Part shown: positions 19,923-31,460 of the stretch, one piece after another | How the letters are laid out: every line of letters starts with the position of its first letter | Numbering within the stretch: the first letter of the stretch is position 1 | Assembly (NCBI GenBank): GCA_019828565.1 | Contig: JAHDYR010000035.1 | Location: 1 to 64,000, forward strand | Source: Carpediemonas membranifera BICM | Taxonomy: Eukaryota > Protista > Fornicata | DNA length: 64,000 bases | Direction: 5' to 3' | Notes under the pieces: model-generated | The model's input: only the letters and a program-made list of their open reading frames with translations | What the model was told of the DNA's origin: nothing | The model's database searches: none | Program-made: the position numbers and the translations under genes

Positions 19923-20712
19923 TCTCTCTACTCTGCAATAGTCCTGATTTGTCTGAGATCTAAATTCCGAATCACCCTGACCATATCAAATCCAATCAAC
20001 TCGCCACGCCTAGGTGGCACTGGAAGACCAATGTGGTCCCCGTCTTGTTGAGCCGGATCCACCATCGTCGTTGCAGTGAACCTAAATTATGAGACGGATC
20101 AGGACGATCCTTGACTTAGTGACCAATGTGGTCCACCCCTTCTGCCAGAGAAGCCTGGCACCCTAACAGTGTCCATATTACTCTACTTACTCCAAGGGGG
20201 GGGGGAGAATATTTAATGGCCGCCGGCCGCAGAAATATTCGTATGTCGAAAGCCGCCATCGAGGCTTCGATGAAGCTTCTTGAAACTGAGCTGATTAGAT
20301 TCGGTCCTGATTCTGCCCTGGACTCCCAGGGACCGATCTCCTCAAATAAAATCAAATATTGGTCTGTGTAAGATTGGGGTCACCCCGAGCCAACACGCCA
20401 GGGTGTTACGAGTCCCTGTAGCTAGCAACCCTGCTTGCAGGCATAACCAATGGGGGTAGAACATTTACTGGTCGTTTGAGGCTCAAACTGATCGAATGTT
20501 CGCCCGGTTCGGGTCCGGACCGGGCCGTGCTGGTACGCACGAAGTAAACTCGTGTTTTCGAGCTTCTGTTCTTGACTTGGCGACTCCGCGCATAAATCGA
20601 GCGACCGAATTTTGGGCCCGGAACAAATGGTCAAAGTCACTCGGTGCCATTTCGTTGCTCGACTTCCTTCCTTTCCCGACGTTTGTAGCAAGACTATTTT
20701 ATCAACATGCCC

Positions 20713-22506
20713 CTACTCAGAAATTCTGGGTTTCACACGGTATGACATCTCAAACAGCTCATCTTGGGCGACGACCTTCCATCGGCCGAGCATCTCTGTG
20801 TGGTCGTTCGCTTGCAAGGGGTAGCCTTGCCCAGCCTGATAGCACAGGAATGTCGCAATCGAGTTGTAGAGACGGTACCCGCGGGTGAGGTTGACCATGC
20901 CGTTCACAATCCGCGGGATCCCATCTTCGGTCCAGAAGCAGTCCTTCATAACCATCCCGGGGAACGGTATGGTCGCCTCAGTCACCGAGCGCGTGTTCAG
21001 CTCAGCACGATAAGCACCGTAGTTGTCCTCCTCAGCTTTCGCGATGGGATTAAGCAGCTCCAGGGCAGCCTTGAGAGGGGTGAAACTGTTGCCGTAGTGC
21101 TTCGGCTTCAGACCTTCGATGACCTGGAGCCGTCGGACCGGCGTGGCGTTGAGCGCGTTGAGAATAGCAAACAGGCCTGCGAAGTTTCCAGTGAGGTACA
21201 GCTTACAGGCGGTCGCGACGAGGTTGCAGTAGACCCAGCCACGAATGCGCTTGTCACCTCTGCTCATAACCGTGACAGAAGTCCAGTTCCCAACGGTCTC
21301 ACACGCGACAGTGAGTGCTCGCAGGTTGGGGCAGCGATCGTATGTTTGTGGGAATGTCCACAGCTTGCCGACGAGCTCCCTGGGTTGGACGTTAGAGTAC
21401 GCCTCAAACATGATGCTATTGATTGTCTCGGCGATGGCATCGGGCGACTGTGCGAACAGCTGGCCGCTGAACCGTTCGTGTCCGGCGTCTGTCACTGGTC
21501 CGTTCTTCTTAATCGTCGCTGGGTTTGTCAACCACGTGTAGAAGTCAGCCCAGGGCGTCGTCCCCCAGGACTTCAGAAAGACGTTGCACGCCTCGGCAAT
21601 CTTGGTCGGCCGCTCTGGTCTGGTTCTAAGTTGTGATGTCACGGACGAGGGGATCATTCTATTGCTGAAGAGGCGGCAAAACTGCTGCTTGCCCCGGGCC
21701 ATGACCAGTTCGAGGAAAGGATACGGCCGCCCCGTGCCGTAGTACGTTGCTATGAGTTGGATCAGATCCGTCCTGGCCTTGGATAGAGAGGGGTGGTCGA
21801 GAGTTTCAGTGACAAAGGACTTGACTGGCTCTATGATGGGGACCACGTCCTCGGGGTAGCATGTGATCCAGTCAAATAGAAGCTGACACACACCCTTCTG
21901 TACAGGGATCCTTGTGTTGACCAGCCAGCTGTTGAGTTCGAGCTGGCTCTTGCATCTCGGGGTCCGCATGTGGAACCGCTGCAGCATGCGGGTAAACAGC
22001 TGGTCTGGCCTCAGGTACTGCCGCATCACTAGCATGAACACGTTCCGGGTGTGGAGGTTGTGGTTGGGCTCCGTTAGATAGAGTGCTATCCGGTTCACTG
22101 ATCCCTGCGACAAAAGGGCGCCGTCGGTAAACGTCATGATCGTTTCGAACTCCTGCCCCTTCTGGATGCGGGGCTGCATGTCCGCGGCCTTGACATATAC
22201 GACGTTGGGACGCTCACCATCAGGCCTCTCGGGTCCCTCAGCGTAAACGTGGAGCGAAAGGTGCTCGCGCTCAGTGACGTTTCTGCCACCATCTGCCACG
22301 TCGTGTCTCTCGAATTGAAAGAGCATGGCTCCTTCTCCTTCGTCCTCCTTCAACCGAACGACGCGAATGAACTTAAGCTTCGTGTTGTGCTCATAAAGCG
22401 CGTCATATGCCTGGAGGATGTAATCCTTGTACTGTTGGATGGTCAGATTCTCGTCCGCCTGAAGTAGAAATGGCGTGGTGTTCGATATAGTGACATATAG
22501 CTTCAT
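20713..22506 (-). CDS. Ras guanine nucleotide exchange factor (REM plus CDC25 domains)
   Basis: GNFAGLFAILNAL..PVRRL; IPFPG..MKD..TEDG..GMVN. Confidence 0.85.
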   Translation of the reverse strand: MKLYVTISNTTPFLLQADENLTIQQYKDYILQAYDALYEHNTKLKFIRVVRLKEDEGEGAMLFQFERHDVADGGRNVTEREHLSLHVYAEGPERPDGERPNVVYVKAADMQPRIQKGQEFETIMTFTDGALLSQGSVNRIALYLTEPNHNLHTRNVFMLVMRQYLRPDQLFTRMLQRFHMRTPRCKSQLELNSWLVNTRIPVQKGVCQLLFDWITCYPEDVVPIIEPVKSFVTETLDHPSLSKARTDLIQLIATYYGTGRPYPFLELVMARGKQQFCRLFSNRMIPSSVTSQLRTRPERPTKIAEACNVFLKSWGTTPWADFYTWLTNPATIKKNGPVTDAGHERFSGQLFAQSPDAIAETINSIMFEAYSNVQPRELVGKLWTFPQTYDRCPNLRALTVACETVGNWTSVTVMSRGDKRIRGWVYCNLVATACKLYLTGNFAGLFAILNALNATPVRRLQVIEGLKPKHYGNSFTPLKAALELLNPIAKAEEDNYGAYRAELNTRSVTEATIPFPGMVMKDCFWTEDGIPRIVNGMVNLTRGYRLYNSIATFLCYQAGQGYPLQANDHTEMLGRWKVVAQDELFEMSYRVKPRISE

Positions 22507-22680
22507 TTCTCGTCGTTGTTTGGCCGAATTTTGATGGCCTCATTTTTCTCGATTGTCGTGAGCCCAAACTGGGGCTTTGAACCTCAGACAGGCCACGGGG
22601 CAATAGAAAGGGTGTGATGCAGCCCACATTCAAAGGATCAATCAGAGCAAAATGACTCGACAAAGTCGCTTGTCATCTCA

Positions 22681-22700
22681 AACGAACGAACGAACGAACG
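22681..22700. repeat. (AACG)5 microsatellite in the divergent intergenic region
   Basis: Directly visible, just upstream of the RPT1 ATG. Confidence 0.9.
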
Positions 22701-22705
22701 CAGAG

Positions 22706-23984
22706 ATGGTTGATTCTACTGCTCCTGAGGACGTAGAAGTATTGAAGCAATTCGTATGTGCCTCCAAGTCCTCTTATACAGGCGCTAGGAAAGTACGGCG
22801 CGGATTTGCAAGCAAAACAAGACCAAATTGACAGTTTAGTGAAGGAAATAGACGGCAAGCTCTCTGTGAAAGAGCAGGACACGGGATTGGCGCCCATTTC
22901 CGAGTGGGACCTTGACGCGGACGAAGCCCTTCTTGGTGAAAACGCCCTTCATGTCGCTCGCATCCAGAAGATCTGGCCCAAGCAAGAAGATGACGAAGAT
23001 GACAAGTATGTCATCTCCCTCTACCAGATGGCTCGCTTTGTAGTCGGCAGGAACGAGAACCTTGCCCCCACAGATGTTGAGGAAGGCATGCGTGTCGGCG
23101 TGGACCGCCGCAAATACCAGATCACTATTCCACTGCCCCCACGCATTGACCCGTCTATCTCCATGATGGAAGTCGAGGAGAAGCCCAATGTGACATACGC
23201 AGACGTTGGTGGCTGCTCTGAGCAGCTTGAGAAGCTCCGCGAGGTCATCGAACTGCCCCTCCTCCACCCTGAGCGGTTCGTCCGACTTGGAATCGACCCG
23301 CCCAAGGGCGTCCTCATGTTTGGACCCCCCGGCACCGGCAAGACCCTCACGGCCCGTGCTGTGGCCAACAGGACAGACGCCGTCTTCATTCGGGTGATCG
23401 GATCAGAGCTGGTCCAGAAGTACATCGGTGAAGGCGCTCGTATGGTGAGAGAGCTGTTCGCCATGGCAAAGTCGAAGCGCGCGTGTGTCATCTTCTTTGA
23501 CGAGATCGATGCGGTCGGCGGGCAGCGGTTCGATGACGGGGCTGGCGGCGATAACGAGGTCCAACGCACGATGCTCGAGCTCATCAACCAGCTTGACGGC
23601 TTCGATTCCCGCGGCAACATCAAGGTTCTGATGGCGACCAACCGGCCTGACACCCTTGACCCCGCCCTCATGAGACCCGGCAGACTCGACCGCAAGATCG
23701 AATTCGATCTTCCCGATCTGGAGGGTCGTGCCCATATCTTCAAGATCCACGCAGGCACCATGAGCGTAGCCCAAGGGGTAAGGTTTGATCTCATTGCCAG
23801 ACTTTGCCCCAATGCCACCGGAGCGGATATCAGGGCGGTGTGCACTGAGGCGGGCATGTTCGCCATCAGGGCCCGACGTAGAGTGATTGTGGAGAAGGAC
23901 TTTTTGGACGCCGTGGAGAAGGTTATCCGGGGCCAAGTCAAGTTCAGCGCGACGGCGAAGTACATGAATTACCAGTACAGCTAG
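22706..23984 (+). CDS. RPT1: 26S proteasome AAA-ATPase Rpt1/PSMC2; 28-nt intron at 22754-22781
   Basis: [41 protein letters not shown]; the GTATGT..CAG intron joins [16 protein letters not shown] in frame. Confidence 0.95.
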
Positions 23985-24679
23985 AGATGGCGTGTAAATA
24001 AGGATGATGTCGTGCTGCAGGAGATGGCGTGGTCTCCATTGGTCTTGCGGCAACCGAAATAATTTGGAGGATCGCGGCCGAATCAGGGTGGAGTCGAGCG
24101 GAGTCATCAGTATTTAGCACGCCGCGGAGCGGGAGTTCTTTTTTAGAGGCATGCAGGCGCCCCCTCCCGGGTGCCCGCCCCGGTCCGAGGCTGACCCGGC
24201 ACCCCTGATAAATGCTGATCCGCACGTAACTCGGTTTTTGAGGGTCTCGACATGCAACAGACTTGATGCCGCATGGGACATTTGAACTCTTTAGAAGCTA
24301 ACATGATGCTATTGGTAGATTTATGATGTGGATATGCCAGTTATCGCAGTATTCTCACTGGTTGGTGCTCTGTATTTGAGAATCTGCACAATGGCCTCCA
24401 ATTCCACCAACAAGGCGGATGTCCACTGAACTATCATCAGATGCTCTTCTACACGCTTATTCAAAGCCCACCTTTGCATCTCTGTTGACATTGCTGTTGC
24501 GGATGCGAGAAATTACGAACCTGACCTCCGCCACGAGTGATATCTCTTCTTTACAGACCTACCCAACCCCATCTAGTGCCATACATGGACGCTGAGCCCT
24601 GTTATCCCGTACAAATGCGTCTTTTGTTTTGCGAACCCGAGCTACTAATGCGCACCGCCACAAGAACAAACTACAGAAC

Positions 24680-25204
24680 ATGTTGACGAAATCACTACTT
24701 TTCCTAAGTCTATTCGCCACTGTGCTCGCCACTGAGTTCATATTCCCCAAGAACGGCGAGCTTTTCGTCATCGACACCATGACGAACCTCACCTGGGATC
24801 CCAGCGTCGTGGGCTACCGCAAAGAGGTCGAGCTTGTGTTCAAGGTCCCAACAGCTATCAGCGCGGTACTCAGGAATACGACTGACATGACCACGTACCA
24901 GCGGGGCAACTGCATCAGTGTGCCCAGCGGCCAGCTCGACATTGACCTCACCATCCCCGTGCAGGACATGCAGGACAGTCTCGACAACCTGGATCTTCCC
25001 TTTGACGTCGACGTGAGATGGTTCGTGGACACTATCTTGTCAGAGATTGACCGTATTCCCGAGGGCAACAGAAACGTCACCATCCAGCTCTACAGGTGTG
25101 GGGAGAACGAACCTGTCTTCCAGTCATGGGTCCTCGTGTCTGGGGCAACTCGGACAGTGGTGGCGCTCGGCACGCTGCTGCTCCTGGTACTCATGCTAGT
25201 CTGA
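24680..25204 (+). CDS. Hypothetical secreted protein with C-terminal hydrophobic (GPI/TM) anchor
   Basis: N-terminal signal peptide-like stretch and hydrophobic C-terminus. Confidence 0.7.
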   Translation: MLTKSLLFLSLFATVLATEFIFPKNGELFVIDTMTNLTWDPSVVGYRKEVELVFKVPTAISAVLRNTTDMTTYQRGNCISVPSGQLDIDLTIPVQDMQDSLDNLDLPFDVDVRWFVDTILSEIDRIPEGNRNVTIQLYRCGENEPVFQSWVLVSGATRTVVALGTLLLLVLMLV

Positions 25205-25498
25205 GTCGGCCAAATCGATCGACTTTCTGGGTAAATAGTTCCCGATCTAGTGATGTTTAGGCGATTCATTACAAGAGAGGATCTGGATGGCTTTTGCTAG
25301 TGAGATTGAAAGCAGGGCAGGTTTGAAACTCCAACAAATACCCTCTGAGTCTCCTGTGTGTCTCCGCAGACTCTGTAGTTTGACCATAGTCGTTCAACCC
25401 GCTCTCAGAGTACCCTGCAATCTTCGTCAGTGATTTACGGTCATATAAATGGAGAAACGTATTCCGCTCTGAGAAGCACAGACACTGTACAACCTGGA

Positions 25499-27553
25499 AT
25501 GGATCGGATCTCACAGGTCATTCAGGGCGTAACGAGGGAAGCCAACGATATGGACTTCGAGCATTGTTCTGTATCAGATATGGACGTGTTAGTTTCGAGT
25601 GTTGATGCTTTTCGTGCTGTCATCGCCGAAAAGCGTGAAGTGGCGCATTCCCGCAACAACGGCAGCGACACGAGCATCAACAGCCATGGAAATAGTCACT
25701 TTAATGCCCGATCTGCCTCCACTCGGCGCCACCTCTCCCTTGACGCGCTCACACCCCCGCGACTCGACACCATGCTCCCTGCGACACTGTGGGCTGTGAT
25801 GGCGCATGGGGGTGCTTGTATACACGCTGCGTTCCCGTCAAACCTCTGGTTCCTGTGCTCCAAGGCCTACTACGCCTACATAGATTTCCTGAGCTCGTAC
25901 GAGCAGGCCGCACACCGCAACGGCAATGACAGGCGCTACTACCACCGTTGGACGTTTGAGACGAGCACCGCACTGCCACTCCCGCCGACGTGGCTCCGTG
26001 ACTCGGTCCTTGTCCGGAAGTCAGCTGTTGCTGCAGCTATCCACCGCGTCAGCGCTGCAACCCAGGACGTGCCCGGTGACATCCCGACACTGCTTAGACA
26101 CGCATATTCCCGCCACTTCCACGAGACACTCCCCCGAGCCCCAGCAGTGGCAGAGACGTGCGACCCGGTGGATTTGCTGGGTAGACTGCCCTTCCTAAGG
26201 CCATCCGCACAGAACTACGTCGACAGTGCTCGCTCGATCCTCACAGACGGCCCCCCGCTGTCCATGAACATCGAGCTAGCGGAGGGGCAGGAGCTCCCGG
26301 TCGCCCTGCATACGCTGCTCCAAGGCACGCTGTGGGCCATCTTCATGGAATTTGCTGACCCCGACCTCAATCGGACCGAGGATGACGCCTATGAGGACGG
26401 GGTGCAGTATTGGCCCGAGGACCAGCTCCCATGGTTCCTCTGCAAGAAATTCTTCTTCGCGCACCAGATTGCCGAGAGGGATGGTGCTGTGGAGGTCAAG
26501 AAGGCTACCAAGATCATTCACCGCATGTACGCTGGCCGCATTTACGAGCTCGTCACTCGTATCTGGCCGATGTTTGTCAGAATCCGAGTGCCCCCGGTCG
26601 TCGCGGCATACGGCATGGCCACGGGTGGTCTTTTGATGGTAACCGCGAAGGGAGTGTACGGGTTGAACAGGAGCGTCCAGTTCATCCAGTTCGACGAGTT
26701 AGACTCCGCTTTCAGTCGGATGAGAGCAATGACTCGCCCCGCCAGAGTCGCATTCAGCCAATGCCCCGCAATCGCTCAGTTTGAAGTCAGGCTGCCCATC
26801 TGGCACAAAGACCGACTGGTCAAGCGGGTCTGGATGGGCCAGGGAGCTTTCATGCTGACCGCGGCTGGGCTGGCCGTGGCGGGCTGGGACGTCAAGTACT
26901 ATGTCGGCCCCGGTGCCAACGGTGACCGCCCTATGTTCCGCCCTGTCCGTCTGCCACGGTCGTTTGAGCCCGACTTCCTCGTTAGAAATCAGTTCACAGT
27001 TGTCATTGAGTCGGGTGGTCGTCAGATGATCGGCGGGATGAACAGCGTTGGTCAGCTCGGACTCGGGCACGATAACGACGTTAATGGGTTCGTCGACCTG
27101 CCCTTCAGGGTTGACAACCTCGTCTACGGCGTCTTCGACTGCAACTTCTTCTTCAGAGGCCGCCAGCTGCTGTTTGCTGGCCACGTCGACAGTCAGCTCA
27201 CGATGCTCGGCCTCCTCCCCAACCACACCGAGTCCAGCTATTGTCTCACAGCAACACCACTGCACTTCCCAGAGCATGTCAAGGGCCTCATGATCCACGG
27301 CAGGGGCGGGACACACATCGTCTTGTGGGTCGGTGAGGGTAGGACAGTGTATAGTGACGGAAACAGAGTGTATGAAGCTGACTTTGAAGTTGTACAGGCG
27401 TCGGATTGTGAGCATTTTAAGGATTCTTACGGTGATTGGTGGGTGGCTGTGGTTCGTGATGACGATGTCGAGTTCGAGCCCTGCGTCGAGCCGTTCGACA
27501 CGATTGCCTTCACTGATGTCCGTCAGGTCGACATCGATCCTATCGTTGAGTAA
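25499..27553 (+). CDS. Hypothetical protein with C-terminal RCC1-like repeat region
   Basis: Long ORF containing GMNSVGQLGLGH; start codon uncertain. Confidence 0.65.
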   Translation: MDRISQVIQGVTREANDMDFEHCSVSDMDVLVSSVDAFRAVIAEKREVAHSRNNGSDTSINSHGNSHFNARSASTRRHLSLDALTPPRLDTMLPATLWAVMAHGGACIHAAFPSNLWFLCSKAYYAYIDFLSSYEQAAHRNGNDRRYYHRWTFETSTALPLPPTWLRDSVLVRKSAVAAAIHRVSAATQDVPGDIPTLLRHAYSRHFHETLPRAPAVAETCDPVDLLGRLPFLRPSAQNYVDSARSILTDGPPLSMNIELAEGQELPVALHTLLQGTLWAIFMEFADPDLNRTEDDAYEDGVQYWPEDQLPWFLCKKFFFAHQIAERDGAVEVKKATKIIHRMYAGRIYELVTRIWPMFVRIRVPPVVAAYGMATGGLLMVTAKGVYGLNRSVQFIQFDELDSAFSRMRAMTRPARVAFSQCPAIAQFEVRLPIWHKDRLVKRVWMGQGAFMLTAAGLAVAGWDVKYYVGPGANGDRPMFRPVRLPRSFEPDFLVRNQFTVVIESGGRQMIGGMNSVGQLGLGHDNDVNGFVDLPFRVDNLVYGVFDCNFFFRGRQLLFAGHVDSQLTMLGLLPNHTESSYCLTATPLHFPEHVKGLMIHGRGGTHIVLWVGEGRTVYSDGNRVYEADFEVVQASDCEHFKDSYGDWWVAVVRDDDVEFEPCVEPFDTIAFTDVRQVDIDPIVE

Positions 27554-27661
27554 AGCCATTAATTTTGAAAAGACGCTCATTGGGTCATCGGGAACAGGCC
27601 ACAAGCAAAAAGTTTACAGCCTACCAATGATCAACAGTGCAGAACATAAATCATGCCCGCC

Positions 27662-29590
27662 TCACGCCTCACTTATGGCGTCATACAGTGCCTGTGCAGC
27701 CCTGCTCCTCTTGTCCAGAACCATGGCGACCTCTGCCTCCTTGAACGCCTCCATCACCCGGCCCTGTCTCAGGAACAGCTGGCCCAGTAGCACATGGGCG
27801 TTCACACTCTTCTGACGCAGCACCACGAACTTCAGTCGGCTGATGGCGATGTCAGTTTTGTCGGGGTTCTCTGCTTCGAGCCTGGCAAGGTGGAACAGGG
27901 CAGTCGGGTTCTCGGGGTCGATCCCTGCCGCATGCTCGAGGGCACTCGTGGCGCTGGACTTATCGCCGGTCATGGAGTACGCGATGCCGAGGTGAGACAG
28001 GATCGCCGCGCTCGATTGGTTCAGCCCCAGCGCCTGTCTATAGCATCTGATCGCATCAGTGTGCTCGCCGGCCTTCATGTAAACGTTCCCAAGACCAACC
28101 CATGCTCCGAAGTCCCGGCTGTCAAGGGTGATCGCCTTGTGCAAGTCCTTCTGGGCCTCGTTGATGTTATTCTGGTCGATCTTCTCCTGCCCCAGCAGAC
28201 GCCACAGTGCAGCGTTGGCCGGTTGTTTCCTGATCGACTTCTGAAGACCCTCGATAGCACCGGTGTTGTTGTTGTCAAGCGAGCAGGACAAGGCTACGGC
28301 GACTAGACCGTCAATGTCTCCGGCATCTCTTGTCAGTAGTTCATGCGACAGGGCGTTCAGCTGATCCTTCCTATCCAGAGCCCACAGAGCCTCGCAGTAT
28401 GGTATGAGGTTACTAGCATAAGGGACGGCCTTCCTGAGTCTACTGTAGGCCGCCTCGCAGTCAAAGTATCGGCCGCAGCTGAAGTAGGCCTGACCTGCGA
28501 GCCTAAGGACGAAAGGTGACGATATGATGGGCTGGGGCAGGTCTATAAACCTCGACAGGGCTCTGCTGAAGTCACCCTTGGCAAAAAGGTCGAACAACGT
28601 CCATGCGACGTTCATGCTCTTGACCAGGCCGCTCACAGGGGGCACACCTTCCACACCAGCGTCCTCCCGAACCCAGTGCTCGGCAGTCGGCCTCTCATCC
28701 CTGAGCCTCGGGACGGGCACAGTCGTGGGGGCGGGCATCAGCAGACTGTCGGCAGCCGCAGAGCCCACGGAGGAGACACCGCTGCGCCAGGCCATGCCGC
28801 GGGGTGGTGGCATCTCTATACGGTCAGATGGGGCCGGGGCAGGCGTTGACGTGGCGCCATTAAGCTCCGGCGTCTGGAGGAAGCTGTCGCCCTCCTCCGC
28901 GTCCGCCCGCTCTGCAGGGGTGACCTGGAGCTGAGGAGTGCGGATGTCGGAGACCTCGGCAACCATGCGGGGGCGGAGTTCGTTGGACGCGGAGGGGCTT
29001 GTCAGGGAATACGGGGTCGACTGGACGGTCGTGTCAAGCTTGTAGCCGGCTGGAACACGACCAAGGCGAACTAGGCCGTCTAAGGCGCTATACATCAGAG
29101 GGTTGAGGGAGAGGGCGTTCTCAAAACACTTGGCGGCCTGGCTCACGGCGTTCCGAGAGGGTTCCTGGAATCCACCACGGGCAAGACACTCTCCGAGTAG
29201 ACCCCAGCCGTACGCCCCGTTTGGAACAGCATCGATTGCTATCCTCGATACATCGGCCTCATCGATGTTAGGCACTGTCTTGCGGATGGTGTGGAGCAAC
29301 GTGCGGCGGGCTTCAACGTACTCGGAAAGTTCGAAATGAGCCTGAGCCTTGAGATACTGTCCACGCTCGCTATCTTCGAGATATAGGCATTGTGTAACTA
29401 CCTTCCACCGCCTTAGCTGCAGGAACACCTCTGCGAGGGCTACACGAAGGACTGCCGGGTCCTTTTCCTGTGCTTTGGCAAGATGGAGCGATTCCTGCGC
29501 AATAAACTCGGCAGTGACGTAATCACGGTTCCGAATAGCTTCTTCAAGGCACCGTAGCAACTCGCTATGATCTCCAGACATCATAGGCAT
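27662..29590 (-). CDS. CDC27: APC/C subunit CDC27/APC3-like TPR protein
   Basis: N-terminal TPRs ending ALSLNPLMYSA, a disordered TP-rich loop, then C-terminal TPRs (GQAYF..Y...LWALD..L.ALSHEL). Confidence 0.75.
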   Translation of the reverse strand: MPMMSGDHSELLRCLEEAIRNRDYVTAEFIAQESLHLAKAQEKDPAVLRVALAEVFLQLRRWKVVTQCLYLEDSERGQYLKAQAHFELSEYVEARRTLLHTIRKTVPNIDEADVSRIAIDAVPNGAYGWGLLGECLARGGFQEPSRNAVSQAAKCFENALSLNPLMYSALDGLVRLGRVPAGYKLDTTVQSTPYSLTSPSASNELRPRMVAEVSDIRTPQLQVTPAERADAEEGDSFLQTPELNGATSTPAPAPSDRIEMPPPRGMAWRSGVSSVGSAAADSLLMPAPTTVPVPRLRDERPTAEHWVREDAGVEGVPPVSGLVKSMNVAWTLFDLFAKGDFSRALSRFIDLPQPIISSPFVLRLAGQAYFSCGRYFDCEAAYSRLRKAVPYASNLIPYCEALWALDRKDQLNALSHELLTRDAGDIDGLVAVALSCSLDNNNTGAIEGLQKSIRKQPANAALWRLLGQEKIDQNNINEAQKDLHKAITLDSRDFGAWVGLGNVYMKAGEHTDAIRCYRQALGLNQSSAAILSHLGIAYSMTGDKSSATSALEHAAGIDPENPTALFHLARLEAENPDKTDIAISRLKFVVLRQKSVNAHVLLGQLFLRQGRVMEAFKEAEVAMVLDKRSRAAQALYDAISEA

Positions 29591-29780
29591 CAGTGCCGAA
29601 ATTTGACCGTGTCATCTTTGGGCCACACAAGTCGGATCAAATGAGCGCTGAGCGGGGCCAAGCTCCATACAGTACTTAGCTGGTGTCCGCACTCCGATTT
29701 ACGTTGCTACATGCGATAATTTTCACTCAGCCCATTTTCTCGAGCAGACAACACTCCTCAATTCGAAACTATCGCCAACA

Positions 29781-31386
29781 ATGTCGCGATCAACTGATAA
29801 TCGTTCGCTACACCTCGATGGTGATACAAAGTTCGGTTCCCCGAAGATCGAAGTGATTTGCGACGCCCTTATTCAGCAATCGCTCGAGACCGAGAAATAC
29901 CAGCGAAAGTTCCAACCCGAGGAGTACGGCGAGATCCCCTCGCTTCTTCTCTCCTTCAACTGTTCGTGCGTTCCATCTCTCTCACCCAGCGCTTGTTAAG
30001 ATCAGCAATCTGACTGGCTTCATCGGCCTCAAGAAACTGTGCCTCGACAACAACAACATAGAGGTCATCGAGGGTCTCGACGCATGTGTGAACCTTGAAT
30101 GGCTCGACCTGTCCTTTAACCGCATCAAGAAGATCGAGGGGCTGAGCAAGCTCGTCAACCTTACCGACCTCGCCCTCCAGAGCAACCAGATCGAGAAGAT
30201 TGAGGGTATGGACAGTCTCAAGAAGCTCCACTGCCTCTCTGCTGGCGACAACAAGATAGCCACCCTCGACAACCTGCTCTACCTTCGTCAGTTCACCGCA
30301 CTCAAGCTGGTCTCGTTCAGCGGCAATCCAGTGGCATCAGATCCTGAGTACAAGTCCTACGCCATCAGCCACGTGCCTTCACTCGACTTCCTGGACTACC
30401 GCCGCATCCTCAAGAAGGAACGCGACGCCGCCCTCGAGCAGTACCAGGCCGAGATCCTCGAGCTTGAAGAGAAGGAAACGATCGAGACCTCCAAGTCCGA
30501 CGCTGCCAGACGAGAGGAGGCAGCTAAGCAGCGAGACACTGCGATGAATATCCCAGGCGTCAGATCTTTGTTCAACACTGTCGTCATGAATGACCCCGAC
30601 TCGACCAAGATGCTCGTTGTCCCAGATTTCAAGGAGTTCGTCACAGCGTACCGTGATGAGGCCAAGGAGGAGGTGGATAGCTTCGTAGCTAAGATGGGCG
30701 AGCAGTTTGAGGTCAAGGCAAGAGAGCTGGCCGAGTTCCACACGGTCATGGATGCCCTCAATGCCGAGGCAGCTCACACGTCGAGGATGATGATCAGGGC
30801 GTTCGAGGTCGGGCTGAATGAAGCCAGGACCCAGCTTGCTGACAAGGCTGTGGCTAGGGACAGCAAGAAGTGCCAAGGGATCGCCGACTCGGTGGAGGAC
30901 GCCGCACTGAGCATGGAGGCTGAGCTGCTTGACCGGGAGACTGAGCGGCAAGAGCAGGCGGACGAGCATCTGAGGACGTTTGAGGGGATTGCAAATGACA
31001 TCACCAACGCATCGCTCGAGCATATCCAGCTGTTCTTCAGCAACTGGCGCGAAATCGAGACCAAGTTCTTCGAGAACACCCTCACTACCGGTCAGGCTCT
31101 GCTCGAGGAGCTTGCCTCTGGCGAACAGCGCTTCACCCGTTATCCCGAGGCAGCCCGGGCCTTGTTGAAGGACAGGGTAGCGTTCAACACCATCATACAG
31201 GGCGCCCATGACAACAGGGGCACTATCATTGACCAGGCCGAGGACGACCTCATGGCTGGCGAGCGGGCGTGGATCAAGGAGCATGTTGGGGGGGCACGGG
31301 CAGACGAAGACACGCGGAACAGGGTGCGGGTGAGTGAGGTGTTTGATTATGTCAGAAGAGTCGAGGAGGAGATGGATGAGGTGTGA
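29781..31386 (+). CDS. DRC3: Dynein regulatory complex subunit 3 (LRRC48-like); 28-nt intron at 29962-29989
   Basis: LCLDNN.I..IEGL, LEWLDLSFN.I.KIEGL, GNP...Y, LDYR, C-terminal RNR.RV.E. Confidence 0.85.
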
Positions 31387-31460
31387 TTTATATGATATGT
31401 ACGTAAATGGTCGATGGAATGAGTGGATTCGCTGAACAAGTCGACGTACATATTTACACC

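Noticed and set aside
19923-20420. Terminal repeats of YR2
   Set aside because: Only a 14-bp local repeat (GACCAATGTGGTCC) and short hairpins; no match found to the region 3' of YR2.
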